DNA from: an uncultured bacterium
GTDB taxonomy: Bacteria > Patescibacteriota > Minisyncoccia > Phycocordibacterales > PALSA-1337
Assembly (NCBI GenBank): GCA_963851055.1
Contig: CAWKMY010000006.1
Location: forward strand, 142,965-206,964
Reading direction: 5' to 3'
Length of the DNA: 64,000 nt
The notes below the pieces were generated by a model, which worked only from the letters and a program-made list of their open reading frames with translations, was not told the origin of the DNA and did no database searches. Of the stretch, positions 1 through 9,535 are shown piece by piece (the first letter of the stretch is position 1; every line of letters begins with the position of its first letter). The position numbers were made by a program, and so were the translations under genes.

Positions 1-1
1 A

Positions 2-1972
2 ATCATGTACGATGAGAAAGCTGTGAACGAAAGATTTGGTTTTGGGCCAGAGCTTATTCCTGACTACAAAGGTCTTCGTGGAGATCCGTCGGATAATATT
101 CCTGGAATAAAAGGCATCGGAGAGAAGACGGCTACGACTCTAATCACTTCATTCGGCACGATAGAGAATATGTATAAGGAATTGGAGGGCGCCAAGTCGG
201 TCGATAGAGCTGGTGGCGAAGCGAAATTCGTCAAAGCAGGCCTAAGCCCCAGGATAATCCAGTTATTGAAAGACAATAAAGAAGAGGCTGAATTCAGCAA
301 GATGTTGGCCACCATCCGCCGCGACGTGCCGATAAAATTCACTTTACCGGAAGAGACTTTCAAGGAAGCTTTAGACATGAAAAAAGTCAGTACTTTCTGG
401 AATGAGCTTGAATTTAGGACATTAACTCAAAGATTGGAAGGCGCTATGAGCGGCAAAAAGATAGAAGCCAAGAAGTCGATGATGAAAGGTGATATGAAGC
501 AGACCGTTGAGAAGCCTGGACAAATGTCATTTGCGACGAGTATCCCAAAGTCCGATTTCGAGAAGACAGCTATTGCTTTGTGGTTGGTAAAATCAACGGT
601 TACAAATCCAACTATTGAAGACATTTATGCATTTTCTGGAAAAGAAGACTTCGTTCTAGCTAGCGAAGACATTTTCGCTGAACTCGATAAGAAGGGATTA
701 AGGAAAGTCTATGAAGAGATCGAATTGCCGCTCATCCCTATCATTCACCGCATGGAAGAGCGCGGCATCAAGGTAGATCGGGCGCTTTTGGCGGGTCTTT
801 CCAAGACTTATGGAGCAGAATTAGCCAGCCTAGAAAAAAGAATTTGGAAAGAAGCAGGTATGGAATTCAATATCGCTTCGCCGAAACAATTGGGTGAAGT
901 CCTTTTCGACAAGCTTGGACTGAAAGTTAAAAATGCAAAGAAGACTGGCAGTGGAGCGCGTTCGACCAAGGAATCAGAGCTGGAAAAGATGCGAGATATG
1001 CATCCTGTGGTGCCGATGCTATTCGAGTATCGCGAATTGGCCAAACTTTTAGGCACTTATATAGATGCGATCCCGCCTTTACTCGACGCCAATGATCGTT
1101 TGCATACGCATTTCATCCAATCAGGCTCGACTACAGGACGCATGGCTTCCGAAGCTCCAAATCTGCAGAACATTCCGATAAAGTCTGATCTCGGAAAAAA
1201 GATTCGCGATGCTTTTATTGCAGAGAAAGGTTTTAAGTTGGCAGCTTTCGATTATTCGCAGATAGAGTTGCGTATCGCCGCTTTCTTGTCAGGTGACGAG
1301 AAACTCATGGAGATATTCAAAAAAGGGGAAGACGTGCACACATCGGTGGCGTCGTTTGTTTTCAAAGTTCCTTTATCTCTAGTGACGCCGGAAATGCGCC
1401 GTCGAGCCAAAGTCATCAATTTCGGAATAATTTATGGCATGGGCGTTCTGGCCTTGAAGCAAAACCTCGGCACGAGCAGGGAAGAAGCGCAGAATTTCCT
1501 CAATGATTATTTTTCGACGTTTTCAACTTTGGCTGCGTATCTTGAAAAGGTGAAAGTCGAAACGGCAAAAAAGGGCTTTACAGAGACGTTTTATGGCCGT
1601 CGCCGATATTTCGAAGGTATAAATTCCAAGATTCCTTTTATAAAAGCTTCGGCAGAACGCATGGCCGTGAATGCACCTATCCAAGGTACAGAAGCGGATG
1701 TTATAAAGCTGGCTATGATCCGCGTTGATGAGTATATTCGCAGAGAAGGATTGGAGGCGGATGTTTATCCATTGCTTCAGGTGCATGATGAATTGGTCTA
1801 TGAGATCAAGGAAAGCAATGACGAAGAAAAAGGCCGCGGGAAAAAGTCCATTGAGAATATCGCCGCGGATATCGAAAAGATTATGGAGTCGGTCATGGAT
1901 CCGAAAGATACAAAAGATGTAAATTTGGCGGCGCATGCTTCGGTTGGAGATAACTGGGGGGAATTGAAGTAA
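2..1972 (+). CDS. polA: DNA polymerase I, 5' end truncated by window edge
   Basis: The ORF runs off the window start. It has an H3TH 5'-nuclease motif (GIKGIGEKTA) followed by family-A polymerase motifs (DYSQIELR, QVHDELV). Confidence 0.9.
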   Translation: MMYDEKAVNERFGFGPELIPDYKGLRGDPSDNIPGIKGIGEKTATTLITSFGTIENMYKELEGAKSVDRAGGEAKFVKAGLSPRIIQLLKDNKEEAEFSKMLATIRRDVPIKFTLPEETFKEALDMKKVSTFWNELEFRTLTQRLEGAMSGKKIEAKKSMMKGDMKQTVEKPGQMSFATSIPKSDFEKTAIALWLVKSTVTNPTIEDIYAFSGKEDFVLASEDIFAELDKKGLRKVYEEIELPLIPIIHRMEERGIKVDRALLAGLSKTYGAELASLEKRIWKEAGMEFNIASPKQLGEVLFDKLGLKVKNAKKTGSGARSTKESELEKMRDMHPVVPMLFEYRELAKLLGTYIDAIPPLLDANDRLHTHFIQSGSTTGRMASEAPNLQNIPIKSDLGKKIRDAFIAEKGFKLAAFDYSQIELRIAAFLSGDEKLMEIFKKGEDVHTSVASFVFKVPLSLVTPEMRRRAKVINFGIIYGMGVLALKQNLGTSREEAQNFLNDYFSTFSTLAAYLEKVKVETAKKGFTETFYGRRRYFEGINSKIPFIKASAERMAVNAPIQGTEADVIKLAMIRVDEYIRREGLEADVYPLLQVHDELVYEIKESNDEEKGRGKKSIENIAADIEKIMESVMDPKDTKDVNLAAHASVGDNWGELK

Positions 1973-1990
1973 TTGAGCTATACTTAGTCC

Positions 1991-2626
1991 ATGCTCTACG
2001 TATTTCATGGTTCAGATATATCGAAATCAGCCGAGAAAGCTCGTGCTTTAATTAACTCTCTTTGTGCTAAACGCCCCGACGCCGCTTTTGTGGAAATGAT
2101 AGCTGATCAATGGTCACCGTCTGCTATAGAAGAAAATCTCGGTGGTCAGGGTCTATTTTCGAGCAAGTACATAGTCTTCCTCAACCGTGTTACAGAAAAT
2201 GCTGATGCTAAAGAGTCTTTACCAGACTTGGTCGCCGTCATGAATGAGTCGGCCAATATTTTTATTCTATTGGAAGCAAAGTTGAATGCAGATCTGAAAA
2301 GAGCCGTAGAGAAAGACGCAGAGAAAATCGTTCTTACTGACGTAGTTGAGAAAGTTGGGGCAAAAGAGGAGTTCAATATATTTGCCCTAGGTGATGCTCT
2401 AGAAAAAAGAGATGGAATCAAAGCTTGGAAATTATATCGTGCGGCTATTGATAGCGGCATAGCCCCTGAAAATATCGTCGGTACGCTCTTTTGGCAGGTT
2501 AAGAGGAATTATTCAAAGGCAAAATCAGGAGCACTTCTGAAAGATTTGATCACTCTTTATCATGACGGCCACCGAGGACAGGTCGATATGGAACTTGGAA
2601 TCGAGAGGATGCTTGTGCTACTGTAG
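1991..2626 (+). CDS. DNA polymerase III delta (HolA)-like protein, tentative
   Basis: A 211-aa ORF directly after polA. Its N-terminal pattern resembles short HolA proteins, with no strong motif. Confidence 0.45.
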   Translation: MLYVFHGSDISKSAEKARALINSLCAKRPDAAFVEMIADQWSPSAIEENLGGQGLFSSKYIVFLNRVTENADAKESLPDLVAVMNESANIFILLEAKLNADLKRAVEKDAEKIVLTDVVEKVGAKEEFNIFALGDALEKRDGIKAWKLYRAAIDSGIAPENIVGTLFWQVKRNYSKAKSGALLKDLITLYHDGHRGQVDMELGIERMLVLL

Positions 2627-2766
2627 TTCGTGATTGCATGTAAACGCGCTCATATCTTCGCTACGCTCGATATAGGCGCTGCGTTCGCTCGAATAGCGAA
2701 TGCGAGCATTCGCAATCGAGCTCACTTGCGCCCATAGCTGTTTTGGTAGAATGCAATAGCACACAT

Positions 2767-2839
2767 GCGCCCATAGCTCAGCTGGTAGAGCAACTCCCTT
2801 TTAAGGAGTGGGTCGTTGGTTCGACTCCAACTGGGCGCA
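2767..2839 (+). tRNA. tRNA-Lys (anticodon TTT)
   Basis: Cloverleaf folded by hand. Acceptor GCGCCCA/TGGGCGC, anticodon loop CTTTTAA, T-arm GTTGG-TTCGACT-CCAAC. Confidence 0.9.
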
Positions 2840-2888
2840 CAAAATAATCTTGGTCATAGAGACCAAAACGGCGCACAATTTAGCCTTT

Positions 2889-3263
2889 TTACAGCGGCAG
2901 ATCAAAAGCGAAGAATCCCGCTCCGGTGAAGAGTAGTGAGATCGCCATAATCAAAAGCAGAATATAGTAGTTGATCCCATCCGACAGGAATTTCTTGTCT
3001 CTGGCCTTGAAACCGAGCTTGATGACGAGGATGACAGCATTCAAGAGCGCCGCCAACTGGGTGTAAAGGCCGATCACCAGAAATATGGAGATGAATATCT
3101 CCACCGCGCCATAAAGCTTTGTATTCGATCCGGAACTGGTGCCGTTATTCCTGATCTTCTCATAACCGAAATAAGCCAGAGTGATACCTAGAACGAGGCG
3201 GATCAGGAATGGTCCGAACTGCGAATATGTCAGAAGCGACGGAAAGATTGATACTGGATGCAT
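2889..3263 (-). CDS. DoxX-family membrane protein
   Basis: Four-TM pattern with a typical DoxX N-terminus (FGPFLIRLVLGITLAYFGYEKI). The start was moved to the internal ATG at 3263. Confidence 0.7.
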   Translation of the reverse strand: MHPVSIFPSLLTYSQFGPFLIRLVLGITLAYFGYEKIRNNGTSSGSNTKLYGAVEIFISIFLVIGLYTQLAALLNAVILVIKLGFKARDKKFLSDGINYYILLLIMAISLLFTGAGFFAFDLPL

Positions 3264-3299
3264 GTTGATTGGTCGGTTATGTTCGGTTAATGTATACCT

Positions 3300-3809
3300 A
3301 TGATACCAAAGAAGCAAGATGTCCGCCTACTGCTCGATAATATCCGCAGCGTCCATAATGTCGGCTCCGTATTCCGCACGGCTGAAACGCTCGGTATTTC
3401 CAGGATATATTGCGCCGGCACTACGCCGACGCCACTGGACAGATTTGGTAGAAAAAGGAAAGATTTGGCAAAGGTTGCGCTTGGTGCGGAGGATTCTATT
3501 CGGTGGGAACATGTCGGAGGCGACTCAAAATCTGATTCGATCGAATTGGTAAAACGGTTGAAGAAGGAAGGTTTTCAAGTCATCGCTCTTGAACAGGCCG
3601 AGAACTCGGTCGATTATAAGGCCGTGGACATAAAAAAATCATTACAGGATAAAATTCTGATAATCCTTGGCGCGGAAGTAGACGGTGTCTCGCCGGAATT
3701 ATTAAAGTTGGCAGATGTAATTGCCGAGATACCAATGAGAGGGAAGAAAGAATCCTTGAACGTGTCTGTGGCTGCCGGGGTATTTCTATACCTATTGCTC
3801 GACAAGTAG
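3300..3809 (+). CDS. SpoU/TrmH-family RNA 2'-O-methyltransferase
   Basis: SpoU motifs are present: NVGSVFRTA, LILGAEVDGVS, IPMRGKKESLNVSVAAGVFLY. Confidence 0.8.
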   Translation: MIPKKQDVRLLLDNIRSVHNVGSVFRTAETLGISRIYCAGTTPTPLDRFGRKRKDLAKVALGAEDSIRWEHVGGDSKSDSIELVKRLKKEGFQVIALEQAENSVDYKAVDIKKSLQDKILIILGAEVDGVSPELLKLADVIAEIPMRGKKESLNVSVAAGVFLYLLLDK

Positions 3810-3821
3810 ATTTGCTCACAG

Positions 3822-4757
3822 TCACCTCTTTCCAGAAAATTTCTGATGAACATTGCAAAAGTGCGCGCTCCTACCGCCTACGACTTTGCGTACGATGATT
3901 CCTTTGCATTGCCCCGGCTTATTGTCACGCTGATCACGAATCATCATCGAACACCTTTCTCCAGTTTTTCTGTATGCCTGATGTTGTTCCTGAAATTTAC
4001 CCCTTTTACCGTCTATATTTCTATAATCAGACATAGAATCGCCACCGAAATCAATGCCTTTTTTAAGAACATTTACGCTTGCCGTATATAACTTTTTCAG
4101 CAAAGCATCAGAATTTTTCTGGGCCAATATATTTTTCACTCGCTCTTCAGGATTTATGCCTGCACGCCACAGAGCTTCGTCGCTGTATATATTTCCAATG
4201 CCGGCTATTATAGATTGGTCCATCAGAACACTCTTTATCCTACCAGTCGGTCGTCGGCCAAGCCTTTCTTTGAAAACGCCGAAAGTGAAGCTTTTGTCCA
4301 ATGGGTCAGGACCTATATTCGCTATATGCAGAGATTGCTCCAAACCTTCCTCGAGATTAGCCTCTCTAATGAGCGTCACCTTGGCAAACTTTCTCATATC
4401 CGAAAGTTCCAAAGTTTTTCCATTATTGAAGGTAAATATGAGATGGATAAAGCGATTGAAAGGATCTTTCCTGTCATAATTTCCGTACATTAGGTGGCCA
4501 GTCATCTTCATGTGGATCAGAATCACGGCTTTTTTATCAAGGTGGATAAGGATATTCTTGGCCATGCGTTCCACGCCGATGACTTTCGCCCCGACCACTT
4601 CCTTCCGGAAATACTTGAAATAAACCGGATCTTTTATAGAATCCTTACCTTTGTGGAAAGCACTGTTATAGTCTGTCCAAACGTCGACGATTCTCAAGTC
4701 ACGAACAGTGCGGTTCAAACCATTGACGGTTGTTTGGACTTCTGGTAATTCAGGCAT
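3822..4757 (-). CDS. mutM: Formamidopyrimidine-DNA glycosylase
   Basis: The N-terminus MPELPEVQ carries the catalytic Pro2/Glu3. An H2TH region and a C-terminal Cys-rich zinc finger are present. Confidence 0.85.
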   Translation of the reverse strand: MPELPEVQTTVNGLNRTVRDLRIVDVWTDYNSAFHKGKDSIKDPVYFKYFRKEVVGAKVIGVERMAKNILIHLDKKAVILIHMKMTGHLMYGNYDRKDPFNRFIHLIFTFNNGKTLELSDMRKFAKVTLIREANLEEGLEQSLHIANIGPDPLDKSFTFGVFKERLGRRPTGRIKSVLMDQSIIAGIGNIYSDEALWRAGINPEERVKNILAQKNSDALLKKLYTASVNVLKKGIDFGGDSMSDYRNIDGKRGKFQEQHQAYRKTGERCSMMIRDQRDNKPGQCKGIIVRKVVGGRSAHFCNVHQKFSGKR

Positions 4758-4784
4758 AGTTCAATATTACTGTATAATGTCCCC

Positions 4785-6077
4785 ATGTGGCAAAGCGAAA
4801 TAGCCAAGATATATCTCACGTTCTTTGCGGTATTATTTTTTCTGGGTGTGCCAACTATTATCTTACATTTTCCTGATCAACTCGCTGTCATAGATAATGT
4901 TTTCAGTAATGCAGTAAGTCAACTAGCCGCAGTTATTATGGTTCACAATCCGAAGTCCTTAGCCGATATAGAATCTCATTATAATGATCAGGGTATGAAC
5001 CCCACCATTTCACCGATAAAAGTTCGTGTTCTCATCGTTCCTGGTCATGAACCAAGTTACGGTGGCGCTGAATATGCGGATCTAAAAGAACGCAATATGA
5101 CAGTAGAGTTGGGGGAAGATCTTTATGATTACCTCGCTAGAGATGGTCACTATCAGACATTCATTACCAGAGATACGACTAGTTGGAGTCCCATTTTTTC
5201 TTCCTACTTTGCTTCAGGAATGAGTGCCATAGCCGCTTGGCGTAGTAATTATGAAAATGAAATGTCTCAAATGATAGCTTTGGGTTCTACTACTTTGGCC
5301 AATCCAAAAGTGATACATAATTCTGTACCAGATAATGTCGCTCTTCGTCTTTACGGCATAACCAAATGGGCAAATGAAAATAATATAGATATAACCATTC
5401 ACATACATTTCAATGATGATCCAACTAGGTCTGGTGATAGTCCTGGAAAATTTTCAGGTCTAGCAGTATATGTGCCCGTGGCTCAATACGAGAATAGCAC
5501 CACCACTCACGCTATCGCTGATGCCGTCTTTAAGAGGTTGTCAAAATATAATGCAGTCAGTAATCTCCCGGCAGAATCCGCCGGTGTGGTAGATGATCCG
5601 GAATTGATAGCGGTCGGAGCAAATAATACTGCTGATAGTGCCAGTATGCTCATCGAATACGCGTATATTTACGAACAACAATTCGCTGATCCGGCTACTC
5701 GTAGCCTGGCCATAAAAGATCTGGCTTATCAGACTTATCTTGGTCTTGAAGATTTCTTCAATTCTAGAGATGCTCGAGCACTGGGGCTTACTTATGACAC
5801 TGTAGCTCTGCCATATAATTGGAAAAATCCGATTTCTGTCGCTGGAACGCAAGGGCCAGACGTTTTCGCTTTACAGACTGCTCTTTCCATAGATGGGGAA
5901 TATCCTCCTATAGATAAGAGTAAAAATGATTGTCCGCGTTCAGGCAAACTCGGACCTTGTACCAAAACGGCTATTTCAGCATTTCAGGAAAAATATGGCA
6001 TTACTGGAGAAGATGGCGCCGTTGGATCGAAAACTCTTCAACTCCTAAATCAACATTACGGAACCAAGACGTTGTAA
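4785..6077 (+). CDS. N-acetylmuramoyl-L-alanine amidase with C-terminal peptidoglycan-binding domain
   Basis: N-terminal TM segment and an Amidase_3-like core. The C-terminal PG_binding_1-like repeat reads GPDVFALQTAL...GAVGSKTLQLL. Confidence 0.7.
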   Translation: MWQSEIAKIYLTFFAVLFFLGVPTIILHFPDQLAVIDNVFSNAVSQLAAVIMVHNPKSLADIESHYNDQGMNPTISPIKVRVLIVPGHEPSYGGAEYADLKERNMTVELGEDLYDYLARDGHYQTFITRDTTSWSPIFSSYFASGMSAIAAWRSNYENEMSQMIALGSTTLANPKVIHNSVPDNVALRLYGITKWANENNIDITIHIHFNDDPTRSGDSPGKFSGLAVYVPVAQYENSTTTHAIADAVFKRLSKYNAVSNLPAESAGVVDDPELIAVGANNTADSASMLIEYAYIYEQQFADPATRSLAIKDLAYQTYLGLEDFFNSRDARALGLTYDTVALPYNWKNPISVAGTQGPDVFALQTALSIDGEYPPIDKSKNDCPRSGKLGPCTKTAISAFQEKYGITGEDGAVGSKTLQLLNQHYGTKTL

Positions 6078-7319
6078 CTCTTCTCTCGCAACTTTCGCGT
6101 CACTCCAAGGAGTCTTTGTTCCATTTGGTCCCATGATATATGGATCAGTGCCTTTGCCTGTGATGATGACAGTGTCACCGGTCTGGGCTTGTTTCAGAGC
6201 CTCACGGATAGCCAAGCGGCGATCCATGATGATGGTCGGTGGATGAGACATGCCCTTGGCTACGTCTTCAACTATATGTTTCGGGTCTTCATCGTACGGA
6301 TCTTCATCTGTCAGTATGACTTCGTCACAGTATTCGTCCGCGAGCCTGCCCATCTCACCGCGTTTCCAAGTATCGCGTCCGCCTCCGGTTCCGCCGAGAA
6401 CGCAGATATTTCTGGAAGAAGGAAAGACTTGGTAGAGCTTCTCCAGAGAATCCGGCGTGTGCGCGTAATCGACTATGACGGTAAAATCCTGGCCTGCCTC
6501 TATCTTCTCCACTCTGCCGCGGATGCCGTCGAACTTTTCAACGGCGCGAACGACCACATCATCAGATACGCCCTGACTCTGCGCCACCGTTATGGCAGCT
6601 AATATGTTATATAGATTGAAAAGCCCGGAAAGCCTTGAATGTACGGTTTGTCCCGCGAATGCAAAAGAAAGGCCTTCGCGATTGATCGAATATGGCTCGA
6701 CTGAATGTATACTGTATGGAATCTTCCTATCGGCCTTACATCCCAAGAATCGCGAACCCTCTTTGTCATCAGCGTTGGCAATCAGGGTACGATTTTTCTT
6801 ATGCGACATGCCCAATCTGCGGGCTATATCAAGTTTTGCGTCGATATACTTTTCATATGAACCGTGAGCCTCTATGTGTTCCGGCGAAATATTGGTGAAT
6901 AGAAATGCGTCCAGGTCTATGAAGTAGTGCCTGTAAGTGATGGCGCCCTGCGAAGTCATCTCTATGATGGCGTAGTCGCATTTCTTGTCCACGGCTTTTC
7001 GCAAAAATCTCTGAGTGAAAAAGCGACCGGGCATGCTCATCTTGTAGAGATTGTCGGATGTCAATTCGTCGACCTTGAACCTGATGGTATTGGAAAGGGC
7101 GGTTTTGTATCCGGCTTCTTCCAGTATGGCATTGAGTATTTCTGTGGTGGAGCTTTTGCCCTTTGTCCCAGTCACGGCTATGACCTTGATCTTGCGCGAA
7201 GGGAAGCGATACCAGACGGCTGACGTGAAAGCCAGTATCCAATGATACGCTGGATTGAGGAATTCAAAGACCGGAGTGGGTATAAATCTACGGGTTTTTA
7301 TGAGGAAAGTGTCCAGCAT
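6045..7319 (-). CDS. murE: Mur ligase family protein (MurE-like)
   Basis: P-loop VTGTKGKSST and DYAHTPDSLE motif. Its 3' end overlaps the convergent amidase 3' end by 33 nt. Confidence 0.7.
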   Translation of the reverse strand: MLDTFLIKTRRFIPTPVFEFLNPAYHWILAFTSAVWYRFPSRKIKVIAVTGTKGKSSTTEILNAILEEAGYKTALSNTIRFKVDELTSDNLYKMSMPGRFFTQRFLRKAVDKKCDYAIIEMTSQGAITYRHYFIDLDAFLFTNISPEHIEAHGSYEKYIDAKLDIARRLGMSHKKNRTLIANADDKEGSRFLGCKADRKIPYSIHSVEPYSINREGLSFAFAGQTVHSRLSGLFNLYNILAAITVAQSQGVSDDVVVRAVEKFDGIRGRVEKIEAGQDFTVIVDYAHTPDSLEKLYQVFPSSRNICVLGGTGGGRDTWKRGEMGRLADEYCDEVILTDEDPYDEDPKHIVEDVAKGMSHPPTIIMDRRLAIREALKQAQTGDTVIITGKGTDPYIMGPNGTKTPWSDAKVAREELQRLGSVMLI

Positions 7320-7397
7320 ATTCTCATGCTAGCATATTTGGTAAAAAAAGTGCCGGACCTCGTATGAGAATCCGGCGATGCTGGTAAATTTCGTGTT

Positions 7398-7850
7398 TCA
7401 GGCAGGGTGTGGAACCCCGTGAGCGTCTGTCACTCGGCCTTCCTTCTCCAACTCTTTCGGTTGGGGCCGAGGTTTCGTGCCTTTGATTTCTCGCCAAATA
7501 GCAATCACGGCGAACACGGCCAGACAAATCGCCAACAGGCTGACTGATTTGAGAGCGGATGACAGAGCAGCGTTCCTTTGGGATAATGAAGCAATTTCCA
7601 TCATCCTTGCTTTTTCACGCATTCTCTCCCGCTGCATTAGCGCAACCAAATACGCCGATTTTTTTTCCGCAATATTCGCCGATATGGCAGCGAAATTTGC
7701 TGGATCGGCGAGGTAGGCTTTAACTTGAGCCTGATTAGTGATTTCTGTCGGCAGATTTTGTGCGTAATATGGCGGTATGAACGCCATCGCCGAGATTATT
7801 GATATACACAAAGTGCATATCGCCATAGCAAAAAAGAACATTTTTTTCAT
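7398..7850 (-). CDS. Hypothetical secreted/membrane protein
   Basis: A 150-aa ORF with an N-terminal signal-like segment and a C-terminal TM. No recognisable domain. Confidence 0.4.
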   Translation of the reverse strand: MKKMFFFAMAICTLCISIISAMAFIPPYYAQNLPTEITNQAQVKAYLADPANFAAISANIAEKKSAYLVALMQRERMREKARMMEIASLSQRNAALSSALKSVSLLAICLAVFAVIAIWREIKGTKPRPQPKELEKEGRVTDAHGVPHPA

Positions 7851-7963
7851 AGTTTTTCCTTTTCAAGCTTCTATCAGTTGGAGTTTGGTTTGTTTAATAA
7901 AATGCTACCACGAACAATTGTTTTGTCAATCTTAAAGAATGATTGTACAGCTTAGTACTAAGC

Positions 7964-8545
7964 CTATTTCCCCAACTCTTTCAATGCCGCCTTCACTTTG
8001 GCACCTATATCGAGAATGTTTTTGTCGATTTTCTTCATTGCTTCGCGTGCCTCATCGGCTTCATAACCCAGAGCTTGGAGAGCCATGATGGCGTCCATAT
8101 CACTAGACATGCCGGCTGACATTTCGGCATTATTTTCACCTGTGAATCCTCCAAGTTTATCTTTCAATTCGAGAACAATTTTCTCCGCAGTTTTTCTTCC
8201 AATGCCTGAAACTTTTACCAAATGGGCAACTGAGCCGGTTCTAACTGAACTTGCCAGCGCATCAACTGAAACCAGAGATAATATATTGAGAGCGCTCTTT
8301 GGTCCTATGCCAGATATGGAAATGAGCAATTCGAAGAAATCTCGCTCTTTCTTTGAAAGAAATCCATACAAGTCTTGTGAATCTTCACGTACAGCCATAT
8401 GCGTCCAAAAAGCCGTTTCAGCGCCTATTTTCAATGTATGCGCGGCATCATCAGTGATGAAAACCTTGTATCCGATGCCGCCAACATCCACGACTACATA
8501 TCGATTGCCGAGCTCGGTTATATTTCCTCGTAGAGTAGCTATCAT
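7964..8545 (-). CDS. ruvA: Holliday junction DNA helicase subunit RuvA
   Basis: MIATLRGNI start, the twin HhH region (ISGIGPKSAL, VSGIGRKTAEKI) and a C-terminal domain III. Confidence 0.9.
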   Translation of the reverse strand: MIATLRGNITELGNRYVVVDVGGIGYKVFITDDAAHTLKIGAETAFWTHMAVREDSQDLYGFLSKKERDFFELLISISGIGPKSALNILSLVSVDALASSVRTGSVAHLVKVSGIGRKTAEKIVLELKDKLGGFTGENNAEMSAGMSSDMDAIMALQALGYEADEAREAMKKIDKNILDIGAKVKAALKELGK

Positions 8546-8610
8546 AATGTCAGTATAACATTTTCTTTACATTCTATGAGGTTTGTGATAACTTTCAGTG
8601 ACACAAATCT

Positions 8611-8874
8611 ATGGCCATTACCTCATCAGCCAAGAAAGCACTCCGCGCCGCAAAGAAGAAGCGCGTCTTCAACTTGCGCCGCAAAGCAGATATCGAGAAG
8701 AACATAAAAGCTTTTCGAAAACTCATCACAGCTAAGGACAAGGCCGGCGCCCTCAAACTCATGCCGACCGTCTATCAAGTCCTCGACAAAGCCGTCAAGA
8801 CCGGTTACATCAAGCCGAATGCAGCGAGCCGTAGCAAATCTCGCGCCATGGCGGCTCTAAAGAAACTCGGATAG
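8611..8874 (+). CDS. rpsT: 30S ribosomal protein S20
   Basis: An 87-aa basic protein with the N-terminus MAITSSAKKALRAAKKKRVFN typical of bS20. Confidence 0.9.
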   Translation: MAITSSAKKALRAAKKKRVFNLRRKADIEKNIKAFRKLITAKDKAGALKLMPTVYQVLDKAVKTGYIKPNAASRSKSRAMAALKKLG

Positions 8875-8887
8875 TATAAATTCGTCA

Positions 8888-8962
8888 CGCCCTCGTCGTT
8901 CAACGGATAGGACGCAGGATTGCGGATCCTGCAATAGAGGTTCGATTCCTCTCGGGGGCACC
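8888..8962 (+). tRNA. tRNA-Arg (anticodon GCG), CCA encoded
   Basis: Acceptor GCCCTCG/CGGGGGC, anticodon stem CAGGA/TCCTG with loop TTGCGGA, T-loop GGTTCGATTCC, 3' CCA. Confidence 0.85.
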
Positions 8963-8966
8963 AATA

Positions 8967-8997
8967 CAAAAAACACCTGATAATTTCTGGTGTTTTT
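8967..8997. terminator. Bidirectional intrinsic terminator
   Basis: AAAAAACACC / GGTGTTTTTT forms a 10-bp stem with an A-run and a T-run. It sits between tRNA-Arg (+) and a convergent (-) ORF. Confidence 0.55.
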
Positions 8998-9000
8998 TGT

Positions 9001-9465
9001 TTAGAAACCCAAACCTTCCAGTAGATGTTTCAAGAACGGTTCACGATGTTCAGTCTCGGCTATATACTTGAGCATGATCTCGCGAACTTTTTCAGGGTCG
9101 ACTTCTTCTATGAAGACGACGATGAATGGCATGAAAATTTTGTGGGATTTCAGGATCATTTTTGGCGGCATGGCGTCGTGGGGAATCCAGAAAGATTCGA
9201 GCGTGAGAAATGGATAGAGGACATCGTCTATAAACAAGCCGCGATCATTGATCTCGCAGGAAATGCGATGAGGCGGCCGAGAAGCGTGTAGGACCAGAGC
9301 TACGGCTGCCACGATAACAAATATACCAGTGATAATTTGGCCGAAAATAATGCATACGGCAGTAATGGCAAGAGTTATGATACCCACGGCCCAGTACCAG
9401 TCCTGTCTTTTTTCGACGTAGAAATGCGCTGGAGCGTTCCAGGAGATGAGAGCTTCGGTAGCCAT
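9001..9465 (-). CDS. Hypothetical membrane protein
   Basis: A 154-aa ORF with two central TM helices. No recognised motif. Confidence 0.45.
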   Translation of the reverse strand: MATEALISWNAPAHFYVEKRQDWYWAVGIITLAITAVCIIFGQIITGIFVIVAAVALVLHASRPPHRISCEINDRGLFIDDVLYPFLTLESFWIPHDAMPPKMILKSHKIFMPFIVVFIEEVDPEKVREIMLKYIAETEHREPFLKHLLEGLGF

Positions 9466-9535
9466 GGAGATATTTTATCACCGAACGCACCTGTCGGCTA
9501 TGTGCATAAAGAGCTGGTAATTATTTAAATAGATG

